Part shown: positions 25,676 through 36,494 of the stretch, piece by piece
Numbering within the stretch: the first letter of the stretch is position 1
How the letters are laid out: every line of letters begins with the position of its first letter
Origin: Octopus bimaculoides
Taxonomy: Eukaryota
DNA length: 36,494 bases
NCBI RefSeq assembly: GCF_001194135.2
Contig: NC_068983.1
Span: 131,418,612 to 131,455,105 of the forward strand
Direction of reading: 5' to 3'
Position numbers and translations under genes: made by a program
The notes under the pieces: generated by a model
The model's input: the letters and a program-made list of their open reading frames with translations, nothing else
Databases searched by the model: none
Told to the model about the DNA's origin: nothing

Positions 25676-26218
25676 CTGAAATATAAATACATAGATAATT
25701 AGAAGAGTATATATATANNNNNNNNNNNNNNNNNNNNNNNNNNNNNNNNNNNNNNNNNNNNNNNNNNNNNNNNNNNNNNNNNNNNNNNNNNNNNNNNNNN
25801 NNNNNNNNNNNNNNNNNNNNNNNNNNNNNNNNNNNNNNNNNNNNNNNNNNNNNNNNNNNNNNNNNNNNNNNNNNNNNNNNNNNNNNNNNNNNNNNNNNNN
25901 NNNNNNNNNNNNNNNNNNNNNNNNNNNNNNNNNNNNNNNNNNNNNNNNNNNNNNNNNNNNNNNNNNNNNNNNNNNNNNNNNNNNNNNNNNNNNNNNNNNN
26001 NNNNNNNNNNNNNNNNNNNNNNNNNNNNNNNNNNNNNNNNNNNNNNNNNNNNNNNNNNNNNNNNNNNNNNNNNNNNNNNNNNNNNNNNNNNNNNNNNNNN
26101 NNNCATCCACCGAATCCATTCATTGTTATATATGGTGTAGAAAACTTTTTGATAAAATGTTTTGGATATGAACAAATTTCCACTCTCCTCTTGGTTTCCA
26201 ATCATATATATCTATATC

Positions 26219-26279
<61 letters not shown>

Positions 26280-26978
26280 ATGTATAACTTTATTATTAAA
26301 GCTGCAAAAAATCACAAATATATCCCCAAAAAATGCTACTTAGAGTTTCACATTCCTGTTCGTCAGGCAACTGTGATCCAGAATGGAACAAGAATTGAGA
26401 TTGTACATGTAATTTATATCTTGATATAATTCACATTGACAAATACACATTTGAATTGTTTCAACTAATATCAACAACTTTACTGCATATCAAACAAGGC
26501 CATTTCCCTGAAGATGCAAGGGTCCTGTCTTCTTTCCAACTACACACACACACATTCCTTTCATTTTAATGGTAGAATGCTGTTAATACAATATCACTGG
26601 TTCAGATAGATATATCTGCACTTATTTAGCTCAATTAAATAATATAGCTTAATTATTTAAATGATAGTGGTAATTTAGCCATGTTGATAAATGAGTCTGT
26701 GAAGCACAGTTTCATTAGGCCACCAGTACAAAGTAAGTGAAGGGAACCAACATCCCCACTGGTGCCACCATCACCATCAACACCACTATTATCGCCCCAC
26801 CACCACCACCATTACCACCACTGGCAGCAATAATAACAACATCGCCACCAACACCACTACCATCACGACCACCTCTACCATGAACATCACTGTCACAATA
26901 ACTACTACAGTTGTAGCAGTAACAAAAAAAAAATGACCCTGGATTATGCAACAACAAACGACAACAAAGTCAATATAC

Positions 26979-27077
26979 CTTAATTGGATACACCACAGCT
27001 TCCTTCACTAACCTCTTGGCTTCATCTAAACCAATAATATCATTCCAGCCTAGATTTGGATTGTGGACATAAATTTC
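26979..27077 (-). CDS. KATNAL2: KATNAL2 exon: [33 protein letters not shown]
   Basis: 99 nt, cctacag acceptor, GT donor, phase 0/0. W-D-I-GL--AK--VKEAVV-P is the start of a katanin/spastin-type AAA domain. Confidence 0.95.
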
Positions 27078-27354
27078 CTGTAGGATATACAAAACAGAGC
27101 ACACACAGACAGAATAGAGACAAAGGATAATGATATTAGGGATTGATGAGGAGTTATTGGGTGTCTACACAGATATAACAGGAACACACTGATATACTAA
27201 AGGAAGTGTTAGATATATTCAAAACAGTCTCAGAGTTGAGTATACTTTGAAATACTGGGACACACTCAGAGAATACAGTTCTATATTTAAGAGATGAGGA
27301 ATTATGTACATTATTTACATTTGACGGATATTTGTCCCTATCTTGTTTGTTGTT

Positions 27355-27397
27355 AACATGTTTCAGCTGATATACCTACCAGCCTTCATCAGGTGTC
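27355..27397 (-). ncRNA. degenerate hammerhead-like motif within a repeat
   Basis: Minus strand gacac-CTGATGA-aggctgg...tcagct-GAAA-catgtt. Core boxes and stem II are present, but the cleavage site and stem I 3' strand are damaged. Confidence 0.4.
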
Positions 27398-27444
27398 TTG
27401 GGGAAATTTTGAACCTGGGTTCTCATTCCTAAGGTATTTGTTGA

Positions 27445-27505
<61 letters not shown>
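27445..27505. repeat. (TTA)n microsatellite inside a repeat element
   Basis: Directly visible. Confidence 0.95.
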
Positions 27506-27509
<4 letters not shown>

Positions 27510-28691
27510 TCACTGCCTGGAATTGAACTCAGAATCTTGGAACATTTTTTGTTTACAAAAATATTTTTTATAGCAAATATGATTAATACTTTTACCAAAA
27601 CCATAATTTAAATTTATTATACATTTTTTTAAATACTTATATTGTTTCATGATTATTTTTATATTTTTTATGTCTCAAATCAGAGATGAATTGAATGATA
27701 ATGATTCTTATATGAATTGGTGAGCATAAATGCTATATGAAGCAAATGATTCCTGTCCTTTTAATAGATTAAACACTGAATATAATAGACAAACAGAGCT
27801 GAGTGTGCCATATATTGACATACATGACCTGAAATGAAGACCACTCTGAACCAGCGACAGTTTCTACTAATCTAAGAAGTTACAAGCTACTTGACACTTG
27901 CATTGATTCGAATGCATACTATATGTGCTCAAAACTTATATAACTTCCAATCTGCGATCACAGCGTATTTTATTTATTCATTTATAAACAAAAATTTGTC
28001 ATTTTTGAGTGAAAATTTGAAGATGGCTATAAATTTAATTCATTTCTTCATTTCAATGGTAAATCCAGCTATGCGGCAGTGTGGCTGCCAATCCACCATC
28101 CATAGAACAGATTGAATAGACGGTGCCCCTATTTCTTTGGTGCCCTAAGCTTGTAGTGATTTTGCTTATAAGTTAATCCAGCACTGGGTCTTGTGAGTAG
28201 AGACTCAGAGGTATTGTGGGTACAGAATCAGAAATATTAGAGGTGGGTAGACTCTGAAATCAATGAATAATTTCTAATTTATTGAATATCAGAACATTCC
28301 TGTTAATAATAAAGATAGTAAACTCTTTAAGGGCAATGAATATTAACAGAATCATTCGTGTTTAAAAAAAAAGGCCCTTGTGGTATTTGTTCTAGTTCTT
28401 TGAAAATAACCAAAACTTTTTAAGCATCTAGTAGCATAAATAAATTCAGTTAAATTATTAACCATAGAATAGCATTTGGAACATAGGTTTACTACATAAA
28501 ATTATAATAGTAGTTCTTATTTAAAAAGACATTAAAAATGGATAGAATTTTAACATAGATTCAGAAGTAGTGATCTGAGGTATATTTAAAATGAAACAAC
28601 AATTAGACAGTCAACCCCACTTCCTATCAAGTCCCTCTGAATTCTATGTTGGTATGCAAGGTGAATGGAATGGTAAACCAAATAAACTTAC

Positions 28692-28772
28692 CCGACTAAT
28701 TAGTTGTGCCAGGTCTCTCCATTCGTTGTTATAACCCATGTAGCCTCCAAGTGGCTTCAACAGACGGTCTTG
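28692..28772 (-). CDS. KATNAL2: KATNAL2 exon: QDRLLKPLGGYMGYNNEWRDLAQLISR
   Basis: 81 nt, ttgcag acceptor, GTAAGT donor, phase 0/0. The RLLKPL motif is typical of KATNAL2 just before the AAA domain. Confidence 0.92.
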
Positions 28773-28792
28773 CTGCAATGAGTTTACATGTT

Positions 28793-28844
<52 letters not shown>

Positions 28845-29540
28845 AGACACATATATATATATGTATGTGTATATATAGTTAGAATTTACAAAAAAATAAA
28901 CAAAACAAAAGACAAAGGTGGGTGTGTAAACAACAAACAGATGCATTAGTTTNNNNNNNNNNNNNNNNNNNNNNNNNNNNNNNNNNNNNNNNNNNNNNNN
29001 NNNNNNNNNNNNNNNNNNNNNNNNNNNNNNNNNNNNNNNNNNNNNNNNNNNNNNNNNNNNNNNNNNNNNNNNNNNNNNNNNNNNNNNNNNNNNNNNNNNN
29101 NNNNNNNNNNNNNNNNNNNNNNNNNNNNNNNNNNNNNNNNNNNNNNNNNNNNNNNNNNNNNNNNNNNNNNNNNNNNNNNNNNNNNNNNNNNNNNNNNNNN
29201 NNNNNNNNNNNNNNNNNNNNNNNNNNNNNNNNNNNNNNNNNNNNNNNNNNNNNNNNNNNNNNNNNNNNNNNNNNNNNNNNNNNNNNNNNNNNNNNNNNNN
29301 NNNNNNNNNNNNNNNNNNNNNNNNNNNNNNNNNNNNNNNNNNNNNNNNNNNNNNNNNNNNNNNNNNNNNNNNNNNNNNNNNNNNNNNNNNNNNNNNNNNN
29401 NNNNNNNNNNNNNNNNNNNNNNNNNNNNNNNNNNNNNNNNNNNNNNNNNNNNNNNNNNNNNNNNNNNNNNNNNNNNNNNNNNNNNNNNNNNNNNNNNNNN
29501 NNNNNNNNNNNNNNNNNNNNNNNNNNNNNNNNNNNNNNNN

Positions 29541-29580
<40 letters not shown>

Positions 29581-30638
29581 TAAGATCAAGGTCTAATATC
29601 TACTCTTAACAGTTATATATATATGTATATATATATATATGCACACACACACACAAACTTTTGAAAATTAAACAGAAGCATGACAATAGAATGAACAGAA
29701 AATTCACACACAAGACATGGACATGCTCATTCCGTGTTAGTTATCATCCCAAAAATCATTACAATTTCATGCCTTTAACAATAATATTGTTCATTTTTGG
29801 TCATGGCAAAAGTAGAAAACTACTGGGAATAGTGGGAAAATGTTGAGGACAGTGACAAAAACAAATGACACAAGTAGTAGTGATGAATGTAAATATACAA
29901 AAAAAAAAAATATATATATATACAACATACAAGCATAATATAGGTCATGCAGCATAGAGACAAGGATAAGACAAGACGTGTATGTCACACATTGGAGAAT
30001 ATCCTATAGGACTGGAAATGGAAAGTGGACAGATGGAAAGATAGAATGAAAAGTGAAAAAGATGAACAGTAAAAAAAACAAAAAACAAATCCTCTGTTGA
30101 AAGTAGAAAAGGAAGCAAAATGCATTATATATATATAGTAATAATAACAGTGTTCCTTGGATGGAATTTATAAATATTTTAATGCATCGCCACGAGTGTT
30201 TCCACAAATCACATGTGTCTCAAGATCACAGTCTATATTCATAGGACTCTGTGTGTGTGTGTATTTATATATATATATATATATATATATNNNNNNNNNN
30301 NNNNNNNNNNNNNNNNNNNNNNNNNNNNNNNNNNNNNNNNNNNNNNNNNNNNNNNNNNNNNNNNNNNNNNNNNNNNNNNNNNNNNNNNNNNNNNNNNNNN
30401 NNNNNNNNNNNNNNNNNNNNNNNNNNNNNNNNNNNNNNNNNNNNNNNNNNNNNNNNNNNNNNNNNNNNNNNNNNNNNNNNNNNNNNNNNNNNNNNNNNNN
30501 NNNNNNNNNNNNNNNNNNNNNNNNNNNNNNNNNNNNNNNNNNNNNNNNNNNNNNNNNNNNNNNNNNNNNNNNNNNNNNNNNNNNNNNNNNNNNNNNNNNN
30601 NNNNNNNNNNNNNNNNNNNNNNNNNNNNNNNNNNNNNN

Positions 30639-30674
<36 letters not shown>

Positions 30675-31299
30675 GGTCTGTCTCTCTGTCTGTATAAGAA
30701 AAAGGAGGCAGTCAGAATTTTGCATAATTCTTTATTAGCATTTTCATTCATTTAACCAAACTCGTCAAGTAAAATTAAATCAAAATATTTTGGTTCAGTT
30801 TTTCTTGAAGAGTTTGGTTAAATAAATGAAAATGCTAATAAAGAATTATCCAAAATGTTGACTGCCTCCTTTTCCATACTATACAATATCTGAACACCAC
30901 TTCAAACACCCTATACATACATACATACATACATACATACATACATACATACATCAAAGCTCATATTTTTCTCTTATATTTACACACACACACACAAACT
31001 GATTCACTCACAGGATTAGTCTTTGAGATTTAATTAGTTGTGGAATTCTGAAAGATGTCCAAATATTGTAAGCCAGACAAAAACAAAAAAGAACTGGTTA
31101 TTCATCAATACAATCATTACTATTAAATTTTAAAGTGTTTGTGTGCTTTGCATATATGATTCTGAAAACAAGAAATATATGATTTCTTTTTTATGTACAT
31201 AGATGAATATATCTCAAGTTCTTATTATGATAATTATATAGACTAGCTGGACCCGTGAAAAATTCACGGAAAACCTGAAAAATTTAAGCATCTGTAGAC

Positions 31300-31480
31300 A
31301 GTGTACTGGTGCCATGAGAAACGTTCGCATATTATGACTGTCTGTCTTTATGTTCTGAGTTCAAATTCTGCCGCGGTCGACTTTACCTTTCGTCTTTTTG
31401 GGCTCGATAAATTAAGTACCAGTTGTGTACTGGGGTTGATCTAATCAACTGGCTCCCTCCCCACGAAAAATTCAGGCCCA
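31300..31480 (+). mobile_element. SINE family A copy nested in the Helitron 3' region
   Basis: ttctgagttcaaattctgccgcggtcgactttacctttc...gataaattaagtaccagttg core. Confidence 0.75.
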
Positions 31481-31654
31481 GAAAAGTATATTGTGACAGT
31501 TACAGAATATAGAAAGTAATGTAACACCAATGACTATATAATCCAAATAAAGTATCTCAGTTACACAAACGTAAACGGAATTACTATTTAACCTTAAAAT
31601 TCACCGTACTTATTCAAAGAATCTTCTTGGTTTAGCGGTATGGAACGTTTTTCT

Positions 31655-31928
31655 GGTATTCTTTTATTCTTTTATTTGCTTCAGTCATTTGACGATGGCC
31701 ATGCTGGAGCACCACCCTTTAGTCGAAGAAATTGACCCCTAGACTTATTCCCTGTAAGCCTGGTGCTTATTCTATCAGTCTCTTCTGCTGAACAACTAAA
31801 TAACAGGGACACAAAACGCACCAACATCGGTTGTCAAGCAATGGTGGTGGTGGTGGGACAAACACACATACATACATATACATACATACATACATATACA
31901 TACATACATACATATATATGATGGGCTT
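31655..31928 (-). mobile_element. SINE family B 3' half nested in the Helitron 3' region
   Basis: Matches 24500-24780, truncated just after atgatgggctt. Confidence 0.75.
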
Positions 31929-33649
31929 GGAGGCAGTGGTGATGCTGGCTGGTGCAATTTTGTGGTTTGCTGGTATGCCGTGAGAGATCCTGTGGGCCCT
32001 TAACTGGTTCCCTGATCTTAAAGGTGTAATGTAGATGTGGAATGATGGATGGTGGTGATGCTGGCTGGTGCGGTGGTCTTCCTCACAGTACTTCATGGTA
32101 GACAATATTTTGTGTGCAAGTCACACCACGTTTTTGGCCTTGTCTGTTATCCCAATTGAGTGTCATAACTCTTACTTTGATATTGTTCATTGCTTGTGTA
32201 CTTGAAAATGCAACATATAATTGGCCATGAGAAAATACCGGTTGAGGCAAATGTATTCCAACTTTTTCAAATGTTTGCCCTTGAGCCTTATTAATTGTCA
32301 CTGAATATGCAAGTCAAAGTGGAAACTGAACTCTATTTAGTGTGAATGGAATATTTGCATCACTTGGGCTAAGTTTAATTCTGGGAATTTGAACTGTACA
32401 ACCTCTGTTGGAGCCTGTTACCAATGATGCCTCTACACAATGTTCATGAAGTCTTTGCACTTTCATACGAGTTCCTTTACATAATCTTAAACTGATTGAA
32501 AGATTTCTTAGCAGCATTACAATAGCCCTTACTTTTAAGTTGAGGTGATGAGGAGGCATACTGGATGGAGAGAGTGAGTATATGAATTCAAATGGATAGT
32601 TCTGAACCTCCTCTTCAGTATTGCAGGACGCTGAATCTGTGCTTAAGCACGTTTTAAGTGCCTCTGGTATAATATTAAGAACTTTTTCATTTATTGTAAG
32701 ACAGTCAGACTTTTTAGGAGATGAAATTGTTTTTCCATTTCTTCTGGTGTGCAGTTGTTGAAAATTTCTGGGTACAAATGTACAAATTGAAATGCAAAAG
32801 AACGAAATAATAAATGGTTTGATAATTGCATTTATTTCCACCACGCGACACCTATTATTGCAAACATGTTTTAACTAACCTATACTATACACACACACAT
32901 AAATACATTCATATGTACATGTCTTGAGTTGTAACTGTAATTCAAAGGGGCCAACCTTCTCATATTCTGTGTGAGGTTGAATCTCCCTGGGAACTACGTT
33001 AATGATATGCATGACTGTGGAGTACTCAGCTATTTGTGTGTTAATTTTATCCTCGTGTAACAATGAAAAATGAATACGACATCCAATATTTGCTGTGTCT
33101 ATGGATCTATGAAATTTTCTTTGGATTTATGTATCTACTGTCTCTCTCACTTTCTCTCTTTCTCTTTCACTTCCTTTGTGTCACTCTTCTCTCCAGCTTT
33201 TGATTTAACAATGTGTATATGTATCTATGTATCTACTTCTCTTGCGATGTGATAAACATTTAAAATCACAAAACAAATGCAGTCACCACTCACTGTCTCT
33301 TTCACTCTCTCTCTCTTTCTCTCTCATTCACTCTATTTCTCTTTCTCTCTTAATTCCTCTCTGTCACTTTACCACTTCAAAGAAGTGTGACGCACACAAC
33401 AAGTACGTACAAAACCCAAAAGTTAGTTATTAATATTATTGATGAATGTGTAATATATTTTGCAGCATTGTTTTGGCAACCAAACATGTTTTGTTGTATA
33501 AACATATTTAGATTGTATACAAATATTTTTGCTCATGTATTGCCATACAGCTTCCCAACTTTAACTACTTGAATTATCAGCAATATGAAATGATTCAAGG
33601 AAAATCACCTTCTTAGAAAACAAATTCACTGTATGATTGGATAGAGTAA

Positions 33650-33686
<37 letters not shown>

Positions 33687-34014
33687 TATGAATAAACACA
33701 GAGAAGCTGAACAAACAACACAACTAGACACAAATACTTAAATTATACAGATAACAACATATGCATCTGTATACACAGAATATATATAAATATAGATTGA
33801 TAGATAATCGTGTATTATGTATGAGTATGAGCAAACACAAAAGCACTCTATACATTATGTAGAGTATAGATATGAAGATAAATAGTTAATTAACCACATG
33901 GCCATTACTCAGGGTTTTATAGGATCATAAGCAAGTCTATAAACAATCAGTTACTTGCTTTGACTCATTACAGTCATTTGATGATTCAACTCCTGATTAG
34001 ATGCATGTAAAACT

Positions 34015-34053
<39 letters not shown>

Positions 34054-34750
34054 ACTTTCTCTTTGCCTTGACAAAGAACAAAAGTTGTAAGCAAGTGTCA
34101 GTGTCATACAAGCATTGTCTTTTCTTTCCAGTCTTCCATAAAAACAAATTTAGCCATGGGGAAATATTACCTTACTTGGAAGCAGGTGGAGGCTGGTTAC
34201 GAGTATAGCATTTGACTGTAGAAAATCCACTTAACAAATTCTGTCCAACTCATGGGAGCATGGAAAAATGGATGTTGATTAAATCAGTAGTAGTATGATT
34301 TAATGTAGCCCAAAGTGACCCCTGATTAAGGGCATTCCAATCATGGCCATATCATTTGTTTTTAATTAGACATAGTTGATATCTGTGACCACATCCATTA
34401 AGACAATAAGGTATAAACTGAGGGGTATTTGGCTGCTATTTTTAGTAGATAAAGCACCCATATAAAGATTTTCTCATTAACTCAAGAAGCAGCAGCTGCC
34501 ATAGCAGTATAAGCATAATAGTAGCAGCAGCAGCAGCAGTAGCAGTTGTATCAGTTCCTAACATCTGTATCAATCCAACTATTCTGGAGAAGTTTGTTAA
34601 AAACATCTACATGTTTGAAGTGAAATAAGTTAAATACAAACAGTAACAACAGTAGCAGCAGCAGCAGTAACAACAACAATACTACCACTACCAACAACAA
34701 CAACAACAAAAACAACAACAATACCACTACCAACAACAACAGCGACTTAC

Positions 34751-34822
34751 AGGTGAAGCTTCCAAGTTATCATCAAGACTTAGCTTTGTTGCACCATTCA
34801 GTAATGCTCGAAAATCAATAAT
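34751..34822 (-). CDS. KATNAL2: KATNAL2 internal exon (first exon visible in window): IIDFRALLNGATKLSLDDNLEASP
   Basis: 72 nt, AG acceptor at 34824-34823, GTAAGT donor, phase 0/0. Resembles the IIDF-containing pre-AAA segment of vertebrate KATNAL2 as recalled, and joins in frame to the next exon. Confidence 0.8.
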
Positions 34823-35233
34823 CTGATCAATAATTTAAAAAGAAAGAAAAATAGGTAGAAAACATTACTTAATATTATATAAACAGAGTGAACAAAAGTT
34901 TGCAATGCTTCAGTTGGTTTGAGGATTGTAAAAGTAGATATAAAGTTCTTTCATAGTTTAAGTGGTCCAAAAATCATATGAGCAAGAACATGTTGGACAT
35001 GTAGCAACTTGATTTACTGTTTATTATTCAATAAAGTAAAATGCAGCGTACCTGCTGAACATGTTGTAATTTGATTTATTTTGTACTAGCAAGACTTGTC
35101 AGAATTCTGCAGTTTATAACTATTCTTAGATTTATTTTGATGCACAGATTTATAGATTTTTCATAGCACTGTATCATTATGTTAGAGATTTTCATCAGAG
35201 CTTTGATTTCATCCCATAATTAAGTTAGTTTAA

Positions 35234-35453
35234 CCCTTTTGTTACCATATTTCTGTTGAGATGCTTTGTGTTTCTTTCAATTAATTTTAAATATAACAAA
35301 GAATTTAGTAAAATAACTTAGTTATCATTAAGCTAGTGTTAGGAATACAAATTGTGACTAAGGTTTGTTGAAAGATTTTAATTCAGAACTTTTAAAAACA
35401 AGGCATTTGTACTAGAGACAGAGGCGGTTTCAGGCAGGTTGGTATCAAAATGG
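35234..35453. mobile_element. piggyBac-type MITE (family 1)
   Basis: TTAA flanks at 35230-35233 and 35454-35457. TIRs cccttttgttacc / ggtatcaaaatgg match 11/13. Confidence 0.7.
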
Positions 35454-35457
35454 TTAA

Positions 35458-35670
35458 CCCTTTAGCATTCAGATTACGCCATCAAATGTAATTCATATTT
35501 ATTCACATTGTTTCAAATTAATCTTGCTTGTAGCTTTGAGATTACAATCACACAAGTGTTTACTTTTAGAATGACATTGTAAGATAGATGTGAGGAGCTA
35601 GACCTGGCAGGTTTGAACATGACAGACAAAGAACATTTGGTCTGGATATGCCAGTTTAAATGCTAAAGGG
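35458..35670. mobile_element. piggyBac-type MITE (family 2)
   Basis: TTAA flanks at 35454-35457 and 35671-35674. Perfect 12-bp TIRs ccctttagcatt / aatgctaaaggg. Confidence 0.82.
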
Positions 35671-35849
35671 TTAAAGCATAGCATTCAAACTTGTTTCATT
35701 ATTTTAAAGATTTTGATTATCTCTTTGATTTTGTTCTGTAGTTTTCTATAACACACAAAGACACATCATGAATAGTAGATTATTAATATTTATAATTCAG
35801 TGACCTTAAGGTAACTGTTAAAGATGCAATCTGTTTATAATGAATTATT

Positions 35850-36030
35850 TATCATCATCATCATTGGTTTCCTGTCCACTTTTCCATATTTACATGGATC
35901 AGACAGAGTTTTGTTGAGGTGTATTTCTTTTAGCTGGATGTCCTTTCTGTTACCAACCTCCGCCTGTTTCCAGGCAAGATAATATTTCCCCATGACCAGA
36001 AATGTTTCCATGGATGTTTGGAAATGAAGG
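35850..36030 (-). repeat. old interspersed repeat with an RTE-like 3' end; inverted copy at about 34150-34290, related copy at about 19175-19310
   Basis: (CAT)n end and ggatgtcctttctgttaccaacc / ggatgcccttccttacaccaa motif. The segment catggggaaatatta is shared in inverted orientation. Confidence 0.45.
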
Positions 36031-36101
36031 GAATTGGTTAAATGACATTTAGAACTATCATGTAATATTGAAGGCAAGGAGACAGTAACACATTTCTATG
36101 C

Positions 36102-36140
<39 letters not shown>

Positions 36141-36151
36141 TACATACATTT

Positions 36152-36494
36152 GCTGCAAAGAAAGAGGTCTGGAGATGCCACTACGATAGATTGCTTAATA
36201 AAGAGAATGAATGGGAGAAAGAGAGTCTGCCGTATGTCGACCCAACAGAGGGACCAGCTATCCGAGTTGACAGTACCAGGGTAGATAAAGCAATTAAGAG
36301 TATGAAGACAGGGAAATCCCCCGGCCCATCAGGAATCACTGCAGAGATGCTCAAAATATCTGGCAGTGTTGGCTACAGCCTAGTCACCCATATTACGAAC
36401 CAGGTGATACACGAAGGAGTCATACCCAATGACTGGTGTAGCAGCACCATAGTCAACTGCTACAAAGGTAAAGGTGACGCTTTAGATACAAATA
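36152..36494 (+). mobile_element. RTE-clade LINE ORF fragment (pre-RT/RT N-terminus), runs off the window
   Basis: Open 114-codon frame: AAKKEVWRCHYDRLLNKENEW...KAIKSMKTGKSPGPSGITAEMLK...IPNDWCSSTIVNCYKGKGDALDTN, typical of RTE/BovB-type LINEs. Confidence 0.85.

Larger units (their letters stand above)
31243..32790 (-). mobile_element. Helitron 3' portion: PIF1-like helicase remnant plus 3' terminus
   Basis: Translation PPHHLNLKV..IVMLLRNL..GTR..IPRIKLSPSD..PF.L.R.QFPL*LAYSVTINKAQGQT..VFSHGQLYVA ends at 32083, with an internal stop at 32314-32316. Hairpin CCGTGAA-ttt-TTCACGG (31269-31253) lies 6 nt before CTAG|T (31246-31243) in the same orientation. SINEs are nested inside. Confidence 0.88.

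Noticed and set aside
30168-30250. NIDCDLETHVICGN frame reminiscent of the KATNAL2 N-terminal CDNIDLET motif
   Set aside because: It lies in the wrong position (between AAA-proximal exons), has no matching splice sites or phase, and similarity is superficial.
35051-35112. Candidate upstream KATNAL2 exon with a CAG|GTAC donor
   Set aside because: All three frames from the ctgcag acceptor contain stops, and the shorter version ends in phase 1, incompatible with the phase-0 exon at 34822.

Overview
Eukaryotic, AT-rich, microsatellite- and gap-ridden scaffold segment. The repeat landscape resembles an octopod cephalopod such as Octopus (inference from SINE and repeat character, not proven). The one well-supported gene is the 3' part of KATNAL2 (katanin p60 ATPase subunit A-like 2) on the minus strand. 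It has 10 GT-AG exons between 34822 and 16049, whose phases join into one 348-aa frame containing Walker A/B, the pore loop, the SRH and the C-terminal WQKEFESV; the 5' exons lie outside the window. The rest is mobile DNA: two tRNA-headed SINE families in many copies, a Helitron helicase remnant with its 3' hairpin-CTAG terminus inside a KATNAL2 intron, a Tc1/mariner transposase relic, an open RTE-type LINE frame at the right edge, CR1-like and Penelope-like relics, and hAT- and piggyBac-type MITEs. The most unusual signal is a near-intact 45-nt minimal type I hammerhead ribozyme motif at 12827-12871 with a palindromic stem III, plus degenerate hammerhead-like motifs in other repeats. Most long ORFs in the supplied track are artefacts of N gaps and microsatellites.
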